Shown in pieces: positions 54,577 through 63,647 of a stretch of 64,000 bases of DNA. The position numbers were made by a program, and so were the translations under genes. The stretch spans positions 3,104,001 through 3,168,000 of the forward strand of contig OZ255721.1 of assembly GCA_965277285.1 (NCBI GenBank). Reading direction: 5' to 3'. The notes beneath the pieces were generated by a model that did not search any database, was not told the origin of the DNA, and saw nothing but the letters and a program-made list of their open reading frames with translations. Every line of letters starts with the position of its first letter. Within the stretch, counting starts at the first letter, position 1. The stretch is from Abditibacteriaceae bacterium. Lineage in GTDB: Bacteria > Armatimonadota > Abditibacteriia > Abditibacteriales > Abditibacteriaceae.

Positions 54577-54664
54577 AAACCACCAAGGCACAAAGAACAG
54601 CAAGAAGAAAAAAGTTTGATTTAAGAACTTGATTCTCTTGGTGTCCTTTGTGCCTTGGTGGTTT
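54577..54664. repeat. Inverted-repeat element (family F)
   Basis: aaaccaccaaggcacaaag ... ctttgtgccttggtggttt. Confidence 0.65.
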
Positions 54665-54689
54665 TCTTTTATTCGCAACCAGCGTTTCC

Positions 54690-55670
54690 TTACGCCAAAG
54701 TCTCACGGATAAATTGGATGTCGCTGTCGCTCAAGGTGCGATTGGCGGCGCCGACGTTACATTGCGCCTGGCGCTCGTTGCGAAAGCCTGGAATGACGCA
54801 CGCCACGCGCGGTTGCGCCAGAATGTAATTCAAGGCGAGTGCCGCTAAATCTTCGGTCGATGAGCCAAAGCGTTCTTTCAATTTCTGCAATTTCGGCTTG
54901 AGTTCGGCAATCGCTTCGGCGCTGAACGCCTGGCTGTCTTTGCGATTGTCGCCTGGCTCAAATTCCGGCGGTTTCGACGGATCATATTTGTCCAGCAAGC
55001 GCGCCTGCGCCAGCGGACTGAACGCGACAAATGTCAGATTGTACTTTTCCATCAACTGGCTGACACGCGAACCCGGGCGCACAAAACCATCGTCGAGAGC
55101 GTTCGCCCAACTTTGCAAAACCTGTGGCCTGACAATTGGCACCAGTCTCTCGAAATCGTCCGCCGAATACGCCGATTGACCTTTAACGCGAACTTTGCCT
55201 TCTTCGACCAACTTGTCCATCGTCGCGGCAGCGTCTTCCAAATACACATCGTTTTCGCCAAAGCTGCCGTGATGAAAATAATAAACGTCGATATAATCGC
55301 GTCCCAGATTGAGCAGCGATTGTTCACATTGGTGGCGAATGTGCGCCGGTTCGTAGGCGTGCGCAGCGGTGCCCGGAAAATGCCCGATTTTGGTGGCGAT
55401 CACGACATCTTCTGACTTGATGCCGAGCTTTTTGAGTACTCGATAAAGCATTTGTTCGGCGCGACCGTTGCCGTAAACGTCGGCGTTGTCGAAGTGATTG
55501 ACGCCTGCGTCCAAACCGATTTTGATAGCGCGCGTCACTTCGTCTTCATCGACATTCGCCCAACCATTGGGATTGCCGTTGACCCAGTTCAAGCCGCCCA
55601 TCGTCCAGCAACCGAAACTGATTTCCGAAACCTTGACGCCACTTGTTCCTAACTCACGATAATTCATCAT
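54690..55670 (-). CDS. Aldo/keto reductase
   Basis: YRELGTSGVKVSEISFG, FDNADVYG, IATK, DYIDVYYFH. Confidence 0.92.
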   Translation of the reverse strand: MMNYRELGTSGVKVSEISFGCWTMGGLNWVNGNPNGWANVDEDEVTRAIKIGLDAGVNHFDNADVYGNGRAEQMLYRVLKKLGIKSEDVVIATKIGHFPGTAAHAYEPAHIRHQCEQSLLNLGRDYIDVYYFHHGSFGENDVYLEDAAATMDKLVEEGKVRVKGQSAYSADDFERLVPIVRPQVLQSWANALDDGFVRPGSRVSQLMEKYNLTFVAFSPLAQARLLDKYDPSKPPEFEPGDNRKDSQAFSAEAIAELKPKLQKLKERFGSSTEDLAALALNYILAQPRVACVIPGFRNERQAQCNVGAANRTLSDSDIQFIRETLA

Positions 55671-55689
55671 TTCTCCTGTAAATAAAAGC

Positions 55690-55753
55690 GAACCCGAAGC
55701 GTCAGCGAGGGAGATGTTTGATTATAAATCTCCCTCGCTGACGCTTCGAATTC
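55690..55753. repeat. REP-like hairpin, family B, copy 2
   Basis: gaacccgaagcgtcagcgagggagat ... atctccctcgctgacgcttcg. Confidence 0.8.
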
Positions 55754-55754
55754 G

Positions 55755-56201
55755 CTATAACTCAAAGCGATAGCGACATTTTTGGCGTTCGCCTTCACGA
55801 TACATCTCGCAATCGGTCGGCAAATCCACAATTTCGATCATTTGGCCGCCCGCGATTTCACAACTGCGGCGCGACGCGAAGTTATCGGGATTGCAAGTAA
55901 TCCACAGCGGATTCAAACCGTGACGACGCGCCAGGGGCAACAGCAATCGAACCGAACGCGCCGCGAGATGATGGCCGCGAAAGGCGGGTTGCACGCCATA
56001 ACCGATTTGTCCGGCGTACATTGTCAGAAATTCGCTGTCGCCGATGCGGAGCGTTATGCTGCCCATTCGCGCGCCGTCGCTGGTGCGCGTCATGTGAAAA
56101 ATATATTGCGGCGACCAGTTGAGCGTCGCATGGCGCGTTTGTATAACGATAAGCTGTAAATCGTCGTCAATCAAAACGCCAGGATCAAAAAACTGAAACA
56201 A
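55755..56201 (-). CDS. GNAT family acetyltransferase (start uncertain)
   Basis: GQIGYGV.PAFRGHHLA, ITCNPDNFASRR. Confidence 0.82.
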   Translation of the reverse strand: MFQFFDPGVLIDDDLQLIVIQTRHATLNWSPQYIFHMTRTSDGARMGSITLRIGDSEFLTMYAGQIGYGVQPAFRGHHLAARSVRLLLPLARRHGLNPLWITCNPDNFASRRSCEIAGGQMIEIVDLPTDCEMYREGERQKCRYRFEL

Positions 56202-56326
56202 TGGGTTTGTCGTTTTGTCCGGCGCGACTGGTTGATGCGCGTCATAGATTTGACGCGACCATGCGCGCTTGATAAGACTTGACACGTTTTCCAATCCTTC
56301 TTTCATTTTGCCGTTTGGAGTTCCCC

Positions 56327-58972
56327 GTGAAGTTTGCTCGTTCTTTGTGCCTTGCGTTCGGCGCCCTCTGCGCGATTTTTGCGCCACGTTTGCAGTCCAA
56401 ACCCTTTAGTCAACATTTGGTGACAAAAACGCCAGCCAAAACGTTTTCGAGTACTCGATTGGCGTCTTCAACCTCGCCGTTTTCTGTCACGCCAAACGTT
56501 TCGCCATATGACGCTTTGCTCGATCCTAATCGCAATCGTTTTCCGCAATCGAGTTTGCACGACTTTTCAGATTTGACCCAGCTTGCAGCCGGAAAACGCG
56601 GTTTTTTGACGCGTCGTGGCGCGCATTTCTACTGGGCGAATGGAAGCCGCGCGCGTTTCTGGGGCATCAACGTCGCCAACACAACCTTGCAACAATCCGA
56701 CGCGGACATCGACCACATGATCGTCAACTTTCGCCGCGCCGGTTTCAACCTGATTCGCCTGCATCACTTCGATGAACGCGACGGCATTATCGCCGAAAAC
56801 CGTCCCGATTCACGGCATTTTCTTCAATCGCGCCTGCGCAAACTCGATTACTGGATTTATCGCGCCGGTCAAAACGGCATTTCGATTTATCTCGATTTAT
56901 TGGATTATCGGCGCTTCAAAGACGGCGACGGCGTGGTCAATGCCGAAGCGATTGGACGCGCCGCGCGACCTTACAACGTCTTCGATCCGCGCTTAATCGA
57001 ACTGCAAAAAGAATACGCGCGAATGCTGTTGCGCGATCATGTCAACTTTTACACCAAACTGGCGTATGCTGATGACCCGACCGTTGTGATGCTGGAAATG
57101 TACGACGAATCAGGCTTGTTCATGCGCCGCAACGTATGGCGAAAAATGCCAGCGCCATATGAAAATAATTTCAAGACTTTGTGGAACAATTGGCTGCTCA
57201 AACAATATGGTTCAACGAGCAAGCTGCGCGAAGTTTGGGGCAATCGAGTACTCGATTCCGGCGAAAACCTGGAAGATGGCACGGTTCAACTTCCCGCTTT
57301 AACGCCTTCGCCGGAAAAGTTGCCAATGGCTGAGCAGAAATGGGCGCAAGCCGCGCGGCGCAACGATGGCGCGCGTTTCGCGGACGACGTGCAAAGCCGT
57401 TTTCTGCGCGACATGAAAAGTTATCTGCGCTCGCTTGGCGTCCGCGTTCCGATTTCCACGGTCGGACGTTTCGACGACATCGCCGACTTGAAAGGCGTGG
57501 CGCAGGAATGCGATTTCACCGCGTCCAACTTTTATTACGATCATCCGTATTGGCCAGCCGATCAGCCCGCGTGGAAAGCGCCGTCTTACTTTTATAATCG
57601 CAATCCGCTGGGCGACACATCGGAAAAATCATTCGCCTGGTCGATTGCGCAAAGTCGCATCAAAGGTACGCCGCTGGTCGTGCGCGAATGGAATTATTGC
57701 TGGCCGAATGACAATCGCGCGGCGGGAATGATCGAAGCCGCCAGTTATGCGGCCTTGCAAGATGTCGACGCCCTGATTTTGTTCGGCTACGAAGTGATGC
57801 CGACGCCGCGCGTTTTCTACTTCAACGTGCGCTCCGACACAGCGCGCTGGGGTTTGTGCGGCGTCGCGTCGCAGGTTTTCTTGAAAGGTTTGGTTCAACC
57901 GGCGAAGAATGAAATCGTGATTCCATTCAATGATGTCGACACTTTTTCCTACCGTGAGTACTCGAACGCGTTCTACAATCTGGCGTGGAACGCGCGCGTC
58001 GAAAACGATTTTTATGACAAAATTTATCGCGCGGATGCGACGACGAACTTGATTTTGACGAACGGACGCAGTGGAATTGGAACGTTTGAAGGCGCGCCCG
58101 CGCTGTTGCATACGGAAAACCTGGCGCGCGACGTTTGGGGCCGTGACATCGGCGCGCCCGAATACTTGAGCGAATACAACCTCACAACGCGTCCAGCGAC
58201 GAACGCGAAGTTAGGTTACGACGGCGTTTTGTATGCGCGCGGCGCGACAGTGCGCAGCAACTTGCCGCTGGCATTACCTTTGTCATTGCTGCGCTTGCAA
58301 AACCGCGAAGTCATCGGCACTGATGACGAAAACGATGTGGCGCACGGTTTTCTCGACCGCGCGCAAAAGCGTCTGGTTTTCGGCAGTTTGGACGATGACG
58401 AGACGATCATCGCGGCGCGCCAGGCTTTACGCTTGTTCGCACCCAATATCGAGTACTCGAAGTTGGATTTTGGGCGCGACGTGAAAGTTGCGATTTCCGA
58501 CACGGGCGAATTGCGACGCGATGCGACGCGCGAAACGTTGCAAATTGACACGTCACAATTTCAGGCGATTTGTGGAAGAATTGATGCGGATCAAAGTGCG
58601 AAGTTGTCTTCGTTGAAAGTGGAAAACGGGCGCGGCGTCTGGGTCGCGCTTTCTCTGGACGGTTTACCATTGAACCGTTCGCGGCGCTGGATGTTGAAAA
58701 ACGTGACGAATGCGCGCAACCGCGACCAGAAAGTCGTGCGCGATGAGCGTTATCCCAAGCAGTGGAAAATGAGCGTGGCGGGCATTGGGCCAGTCGAAAC
58801 ATCGGTTGAAACAGCGGGACGAGTATCGAGTACTCGAACGCGCGTTTGGATGAACGGAAAGTTGGTGCTGGAGATCGGCTTGGATGGCGGAGCGTTCGAG
58901 TTGCAAGTTGATGGCAACCAAACACGTTTTTGGTGCGACACGCCAAACGTTCCATTGCGCGTGCTGCGTTGA
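56327..58972 (+). CDS. Secreted glycoside hydrolase, clan A TIM barrel (GH5/GH42-like)
   Basis: RFWGINV, GFNLIRLHHFD, HVNFYTKLAYADDP, PLVVREWN; GGAG RBS before GTG. Confidence 0.75.
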   Translation: MKFARSLCLAFGALCAIFAPRLQSKPFSQHLVTKTPAKTFSSTRLASSTSPFSVTPNVSPYDALLDPNRNRFPQSSLHDFSDLTQLAAGKRGFLTRRGAHFYWANGSRARFWGINVANTTLQQSDADIDHMIVNFRRAGFNLIRLHHFDERDGIIAENRPDSRHFLQSRLRKLDYWIYRAGQNGISIYLDLLDYRRFKDGDGVVNAEAIGRAARPYNVFDPRLIELQKEYARMLLRDHVNFYTKLAYADDPTVVMLEMYDESGLFMRRNVWRKMPAPYENNFKTLWNNWLLKQYGSTSKLREVWGNRVLDSGENLEDGTVQLPALTPSPEKLPMAEQKWAQAARRNDGARFADDVQSRFLRDMKSYLRSLGVRVPISTVGRFDDIADLKGVAQECDFTASNFYYDHPYWPADQPAWKAPSYFYNRNPLGDTSEKSFAWSIAQSRIKGTPLVVREWNYCWPNDNRAAGMIEAASYAALQDVDALILFGYEVMPTPRVFYFNVRSDTARWGLCGVASQVFLKGLVQPAKNEIVIPFNDVDTFSYREYSNAFYNLAWNARVENDFYDKIYRADATTNLILTNGRSGIGTFEGAPALLHTENLARDVWGRDIGAPEYLSEYNLTTRPATNAKLGYDGVLYARGATVRSNLPLALPLSLLRLQNREVIGTDDENDVAHGFLDRAQKRLVFGSLDDDETIIAARQALRLFAPNIEYSKLDFGRDVKVAISDTGELRRDATRETLQIDTSQFQAICGRIDADQSAKLSSLKVENGRGVWVALSLDGLPLNRSRRWMLKNVTNARNRDQKVVRDERYPKQWKMSVAGIGPVETSVETAGRVSSTRTRVWMNGKLVLEIGLDGGAFELQVDGNQTRFWCDTPNVPLRVLR

Positions 58973-59218
58973 AGGTTGTACGTCCGTGGCGCGATGTGCG
59001 GAACTGGGGAATTCAAGAGGAATTTGTCGCGCATTTTCTGCGGAATTTTGTTAAGATAAACGCACTTCCAAATTATTTCGATGGCCATTCGCCAGGCGGA
59101 AGTGCGTCGAGACAGTTTTTATCAACACTTTTGCCAAACATTGTTGTACCGCGTTGACCGTTTTCGCGCTTCGATTGCCTTTAGTGGTGGTTGGAAAAGC
59201 GCGGGCGGGGAGAAAACC

Positions 59219-60637
59219 ATGAAGCAAGGAACACTTTCAGTTGTTGCCGCTGCCGCCGCCGTCACTGTACTGGGCGTTTGGAGCGTCGCATCGCCAGCGC
59301 GCACCACGAGTTCCAAGACAAAGAGCATTTCGAGTACTCGAAAGAAGAACTTGAAAGTGAAACCGGCGTTGCCGCGCTTCCTGCCGATTCGGGACATCAA
59401 AACCTTGCGCGAATTGCGTATGGCGCGCCCCAAATGGATGCCCGATCCATTAGCTCCGGTTCTGACACCGGAATTCGATGGCAAAATGCCGAAGAACCTG
59501 CGCGACTTGCCAGCTTTTGGCGACCGCGCAATGAGCGAACGCGATTTTCAGCAAATCACGCGCTCTTCGGCGCAGCGGACGCGTCGAACCACACGCCGCA
59601 CGACGCGCATCACGCGCAGCGTCCCCATGTTTCCCTCTTCGATTGCACCCGCACAAATTGTGGGTGCGCAGCGCACCATCACGCCGCACTGGGTTCGCTA
59701 TCCTTTGGAATTTCAGCTCGCAGGCGTCGGACTGGGAACTTTGGCGGTCAACAAAGATCGCTTCGACCGCATTGATCGCTATGGCTTGTTTGCGATGCAT
59801 GGCAACCCGACCGCGATTGTGGTGCCGATTCGTCAGGCGGCGGCATCTGGTGGCTCTGGCGGCGCAAGTGGTTCCGGTGGAGAAGGCAGTTCTCAGGGTT
59901 CGCCGCAGGGAAGCGCGGGCGGCTCTGGTGGCGGCAGTGGTTCCAGCGGCGGCGGTTCCGTGGGTGGTACAGCGGATGCGCCCGGAACGCTCAGCGTGCA
60001 GCAGCAGCCGCCGGAGTATTCACCCCGTTTCGCCCTTTCGCAGAATGGTTCGGTTCCGGCCTGGGCGAACGCGTGTATCGTTGATCTCGATTCCAACCAC
60101 GTCGAATGGCTTTATAATCGCGGCAACTACGCGATGGGTTTCGTGGTGGATCGTTTGGGTTATGTCGATGGCATTGTCGTTGCGGGCATTCAGTCCGATA
60201 TTGCCAACACGCAGTTGGAAGACCCGGAACACACCGTCAAACTGGGCGATGACTTGCGCAAAGTCTTGTTCCGTTATGGTTATCCCGATTCGTTCACAAC
60301 CTATCTGGTGTCGTTTGGCGGCGGTGCTTCAGCCGGTAGTGGTGGTGGTGGTGCTTCAGGCGGTGGAAGTCAAGGCGGCGCGCCAAGCGGTGGTCAGGGC
60401 GGTGCCCCAAGCGGCGGCGAAGGTGGCAGTTCTGGCGGCGGTGCTTCTGGTGGTGGCGGCGCAGGCGGCGGTTCGGGCGCGACGAACAACATCAACCGCG
60501 TTTTTGAAGTGCGCTACGAGCAAAGCTACAACATCGTTTTTACGATCTCCTACAACCGCGTAGTGCGAATGTACATCTTCGGCGATCCCGATTATTTCAC
60601 CGAGGCGCGTCGCAATCGTTTGCGGACGCAGTATTAA
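59219..60637 (+). CDS. Secreted hypothetical protein with two Gly/Ser-rich low-complexity inserts
   Basis: Signal peptide; GGSGG-type tracts; GGAG RBS. Confidence 0.7.
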   Translation: MKQGTLSVVAAAAAVTVLGVWSVASPARTTSSKTKSISSTRKKNLKVKPALPRFLPIRDIKTLRELRMARPKWMPDPLAPVLTPEFDGKMPKNLRDLPAFGDRAMSERDFQQITRSSAQRTRRTTRRTTRITRSVPMFPSSIAPAQIVGAQRTITPHWVRYPLEFQLAGVGLGTLAVNKDRFDRIDRYGLFAMHGNPTAIVVPIRQAAASGGSGGASGSGGEGSSQGSPQGSAGGSGGGSGSSGGGSVGGTADAPGTLSVQQQPPEYSPRFALSQNGSVPAWANACIVDLDSNHVEWLYNRGNYAMGFVVDRLGYVDGIVVAGIQSDIANTQLEDPEHTVKLGDDLRKVLFRYGYPDSFTTYLVSFGGGASAGSGGGGASGGGSQGGAPSGGQGGAPSGGEGGSSGGGASGGGGAGGGSGATNNINRVFEVRYEQSYNIVFTISYNRVVRMYIFGDPDYFTEARRNRLRTQY

Positions 60638-60777
60638 CATCGTTATTCAAGACGTTTGGAATGGGACACAACATGAGGCACAGCCGGTACACTTCGAGTA
60701 CTCGCTGTGCCTCACTGTTTGCGGGAATGAGCAATCGTGGGCAACGGCAAACGCAATCATTTAAGGACGAGAAGCGA

Positions 60778-61554
60778 ATGAGCGAAGGAATTTTGGCGGG
60801 AAAAGTTGGCATTGTGTGTGGCGTGGCGAACAAGCGCAGCATCGCGTGGGCGATTGCTCAAGCGTGGGCCGAAGCGGGCGCGACCTTGATTTTTAGTTAT
60901 CAGGGCGAGCGCGTGAAGGAAAATGTCGAAGAATTGGCGAGCACTTTTGGCAACGATGTCGCGCTGTTTCCGTGCGATGTTGCGAGCGACGAAGAAGTCG
61001 ACAAGTTCTTTGAATTTGTGAAATCGAAAACCGAGCGCGTCGATTTGTTGTTGCATTCGGTCGCGTTTGCGCCCAAAGAAGCGATGTCCGAGCCGTTCGT
61101 GCAAACCTCGCGCGAGGCGTTTCGCGTGGCGCACGATGTCAGCGCTTATTCTCTGGTCGCTCTGGCGCGCGGCGTCGAACCTTTGATGACAAACGGCGGC
61201 GCCATTATCTCGATGACCTATCACGGCAGCACCAAAGTGATGCCCAACTACAACGTGATGGGCGTCGCCAAGGCCGCGCTTGAAGCGAGTACGCGCTATC
61301 TGGCTTATGATTTGGGCGCGAAAAACATCCGCGTCAATTGCATCAGCGCTGGCCCGACGAATACCCTCGCGGCGCGCGGCATCGCCGGTTTCACCACGAT
61401 GTTGAGCCATGCGCGCGACAAAGCGCCCATCGAATGGAAAGGTGAATCGCAGGAGTTGGCCGGAACCGGCGTTTTCCTGGCCAGCGATGCCGCTCGCAAA
61501 ATCACCGGACAAGTGATTTACGTCGATGGCGGCTACGAAATCATGGGAATGTGA
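60778..61554 (+). CDS. fabI: Enoyl-ACP reductase
   Basis: GVANKRSIAWAIA, YNVMGVAKAALE, VNCISAGP..TLAA. Confidence 0.95.
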   Translation: MSEGILAGKVGIVCGVANKRSIAWAIAQAWAEAGATLIFSYQGERVKENVEELASTFGNDVALFPCDVASDEEVDKFFEFVKSKTERVDLLLHSVAFAPKEAMSEPFVQTSREAFRVAHDVSAYSLVALARGVEPLMTNGGAIISMTYHGSTKVMPNYNVMGVAKAALEASTRYLAYDLGAKNIRVNCISAGPTNTLAARGIAGFTTMLSHARDKAPIEWKGESQELAGTGVFLASDAARKITGQVIYVDGGYEIMGM

Positions 61555-61569
61555 GAGTTCTTTGTTTTA

Positions 61570-61771
61570 AGTTCTCAGTTTTGAGTTGAGGCCGATTTAA
61601 CTTAAAACTGAAAGTTAGTTTGCAAAGTGGAAACAAGGTAAAAGGCGTGGAACTTTGTCATTCTGACGGTGCTCTCTGGGCAGTGCGAAGAATCTGACTT
61701 GAAGTTAGATTCTTCGTTTCGTGCTGTTTTCTCCTTTGCAAACTGATTCTGAAAACTCAAAATTGAGAACT
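61570..61771. repeat. Composite intergenic repeat: 18-bp inverted arms enclosing a degenerate family C REP
   Basis: agttctcagttttgagtt / aactcaaaattgagaact (one mismatch); internal tgtcattctga...gcgaagaatct...agattcttcg. Confidence 0.5.
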
Positions 61772-61777
61772 GATTTT

Positions 61778-62398
61778 ATGACTATCGGCATTCTCGCTTT
61801 GCAAGGCGATTATCAGGCGCATCGCGCGGTTCTCGAAGGTTTGTCCGCTGTGGATCGAGTACTCGAAGTGCGCGATACGAACGCGTTGCAGCAATGCGAC
61901 GGGCTGATTCTTCCAGGTGGCGAAAGCACGACGATGAGTCGTTTGTGTGATCGTTACGGTTTGTGGGAGCCGTTGCAAGAAAGGTTGCGAAGCGGCATGG
62001 GCGCGCTGGGAACGTGCGCCGGTTTGATTTTGCTGGCGAAAAACCTGCAGGGCGCGACGCGCAATTTCGAGCAGAAAACGTTGGGCGCGCTTGATGTGGA
62101 TGTGGCGCGCAACGCTTATGGTGCGCAGATCGAATCGTTTGAAACTGATCTGTCGCTGGAAAACGATTTGCCAGAAAATGACGAAACTCCCGATTCGACG
62201 ATATTGCGCGCCGTATTTATTCGCGCGCCGCGTATTGTGCGTTGTGGTGAAACGGTTCAGGTTTTGGCGCGTTTCAACGACGAAGCCGTCGCGGTGCAGC
62301 AAGGGAGAATCGTCGGCGCGGCGTTTCATCCCGAAATCGCGGGCGAAACACGTTTGCACGAATTGTGGTTACGTTCTTTGTCAGAAAACGCGATCTGA
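61778..62398 (+). CDS. pdxT: Pyridoxal 5'-phosphate synthase glutaminase subunit
   Basis: IGILALQG, LPGGESTT, GTCAGLI, RNAYG.Q, FIRAP, FHPE. Confidence 0.95.
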   Translation: MTIGILALQGDYQAHRAVLEGLSAVDRVLEVRDTNALQQCDGLILPGGESTTMSRLCDRYGLWEPLQERLRSGMGALGTCAGLILLAKNLQGATRNFEQKTLGALDVDVARNAYGAQIESFETDLSLENDLPENDETPDSTILRAVFIRAPRIVRCGETVQVLARFNDEAVAVQQGRIVGAAFHPEIAGETRLHELWLRSLSENAI

Positions 62399-62492
62399 AA
62401 AATCGTGACGTTCATTGTTAAAACGCCAAGCGTTCAAAACGAAAACATCGCTCACTGCACAGCGCCAGAATCCGGCTCAATTTCCCTTTCCG

Positions 62493-63647
62493 ATGAATGT
62501 TCGCTCTTCTCCGCAAATTGCGGCTTTGATGGCAGCGGCGCTGCTGGCGCTGGGATTTGCGGTCGGCTACGGGTTTCACACGACGCAAACTTCATCGACC
62601 AACAACGCCATCAACAACGTGAGTTCGGGCGAATCGAGTACTGGAAATGCGACGAAAACGGGAAAAACGCCGCCGATTGTGAAAGGCTTGCATGTTTCGC
62701 CCAACGGACAACGCGTCGCATTTACGGCGGTTTATCGCAACGGCGATTTGTCGAGCCGCTTTGTGCTCGATTTGAAAAGTGGAAAATATGAGGTGCGACC
62801 AGCGCCGCGCGGATGGCAGGATTTCATCGTTCAATGGAGCCGCAACGGTCAAAGTTTGCTGTTCGACCGCGAGAAAATTCCCGACAGCGTGGCCGATACG
62901 CAGCCCGGATTGCACGAAGAAAATCTCGCGGAGAAAGCAGCGCCGCGCGCCTTAACTCCAGCGGGAACGTTGCCTTCCGGCGAGAAATCAATCGCAGGTT
63001 TGTGGACGCCGAACGGCGAACTCATCGTTAAAACGCGGCGCGAACCCAAAGCCCTGTTCCTCGTACGCGATGGACAGACGAAGTTGCTCGACCGCGCGAA
63101 CGTAACGTATTATCAAAACCGCGCAGTCCGCGAAAATGGGCATGATGTGTTTTATATCGTGCGCGATGTGCCTCAAGTGAAAAATCAAAACGCGCTCTTT
63201 CGCATTGAAAATGGGCGGGCACAGCAAATCAGTACGCTGTTGGGGAAAATTACTTGGGCTTACATCGCGGAAAATGCGCGATGGCTGATCATCTGCCGCA
63301 CGCAAGACGGCACGTCCGATTGGCAATGGACGTTGTATCGCGTTTCACCGCGTTCAGCAACGCTTTCGAGTACTCGAAGTGTCCCAGCGGACGTGATTTC
63401 CGTGTTCTGGTCGCCCGACTTCAAAAATATTTTGGGCGCCAGCGGCGACAAATTGTGGGCGATTGACATTCCTTCTCTGCAAACGCGGCAAATCGGCCAG
63501 AAAAGCAACTGGAACGCCGATGACGCCGGCTGGTTGCCAGGCCAAAAAGCTGTTCTGGTCGCCGCGCGCGGCATTTTGTGGCAAGTCGATCTGGCCAATG
63601 GAAGCGCGCACGCGATCTGGAAATTCCCCGCTTCCTATTGGAACTAA
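62493..63647 (+). CDS. Membrane-anchored TolB-like beta-propeller protein
   Basis: N-terminal TM; repeated VSPNG / WSRNG / WTPNG / WSPD / WLPG blades. Confidence 0.65.
   Translation: MNVRSSPQIAALMAAALLALGFAVGYGFHTTQTSSTNNAINNVSSGESSTGNATKTGKTPPIVKGLHVSPNGQRVAFTAVYRNGDLSSRFVLDLKSGKYEVRPAPRGWQDFIVQWSRNGQSLLFDREKIPDSVADTQPGLHEENLAEKAAPRALTPAGTLPSGEKSIAGLWTPNGELIVKTRREPKALFLVRDGQTKLLDRANVTYYQNRAVRENGHDVFYIVRDVPQVKNQNALFRIENGRAQQISTLLGKITWAYIAENARWLIICRTQDGTSDWQWTLYRVSPRSATLSSTRSVPADVISVFWSPDFKNILGASGDKLWAIDIPSLQTRQIGQKSNWNADDAGWLPGQKAVLVAARGILWQVDLANGSAHAIWKFPASYWN

Larger units (their letters stand above)
275..63377. repeat. Dispersed highly iterated palindrome TCGAGTACTCGA (53 exact copies counted)
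   Basis: Starts at 275, 707, 1669, 2134, 3660, 4497, 5532, 8097, 9471, 9830, 10782, 11778, 12503, 14302, 15082, 17171, 17519, 19020, 19890, 22754, 23414, 25377, 26191, 29225, 29869, 31039, 31446, 33405, 34953, 36477, 37483, 37854, 39096, 39894, 40460, 41384, 43102, 45432, 46980, 47358, 47966, 49090, 50021, 51427, 51803, 53908, 56447, 57244, 58449, 58826, 59330, 61855, 63366. Confidence 0.97.

Noticed and set aside
59841..60480. GGC/GGT-rich tracts as a DNA repeat element
   Set aside because: Explained by Gly/Ser-rich linkers of the encoded protein.
275..63377. Palindrome as a cloning linker or assembly artefact (it contains ScaI AGTACT and TaqI TCGA sites)
   Set aside because: In-gene copies keep the reading frame and even form part of a conserved motif (RVLDPACGSG). 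Degenerate variants exist and copies are integrated into terminators. A read-level check is still advisable.
275..63377. CRISPR array or integron attC array
   Set aside because: The repeat is only 12-16 bp, irregularly spaced and often intragenic. I saw no cas gene, no integron integrase and no attC R/L box structure.
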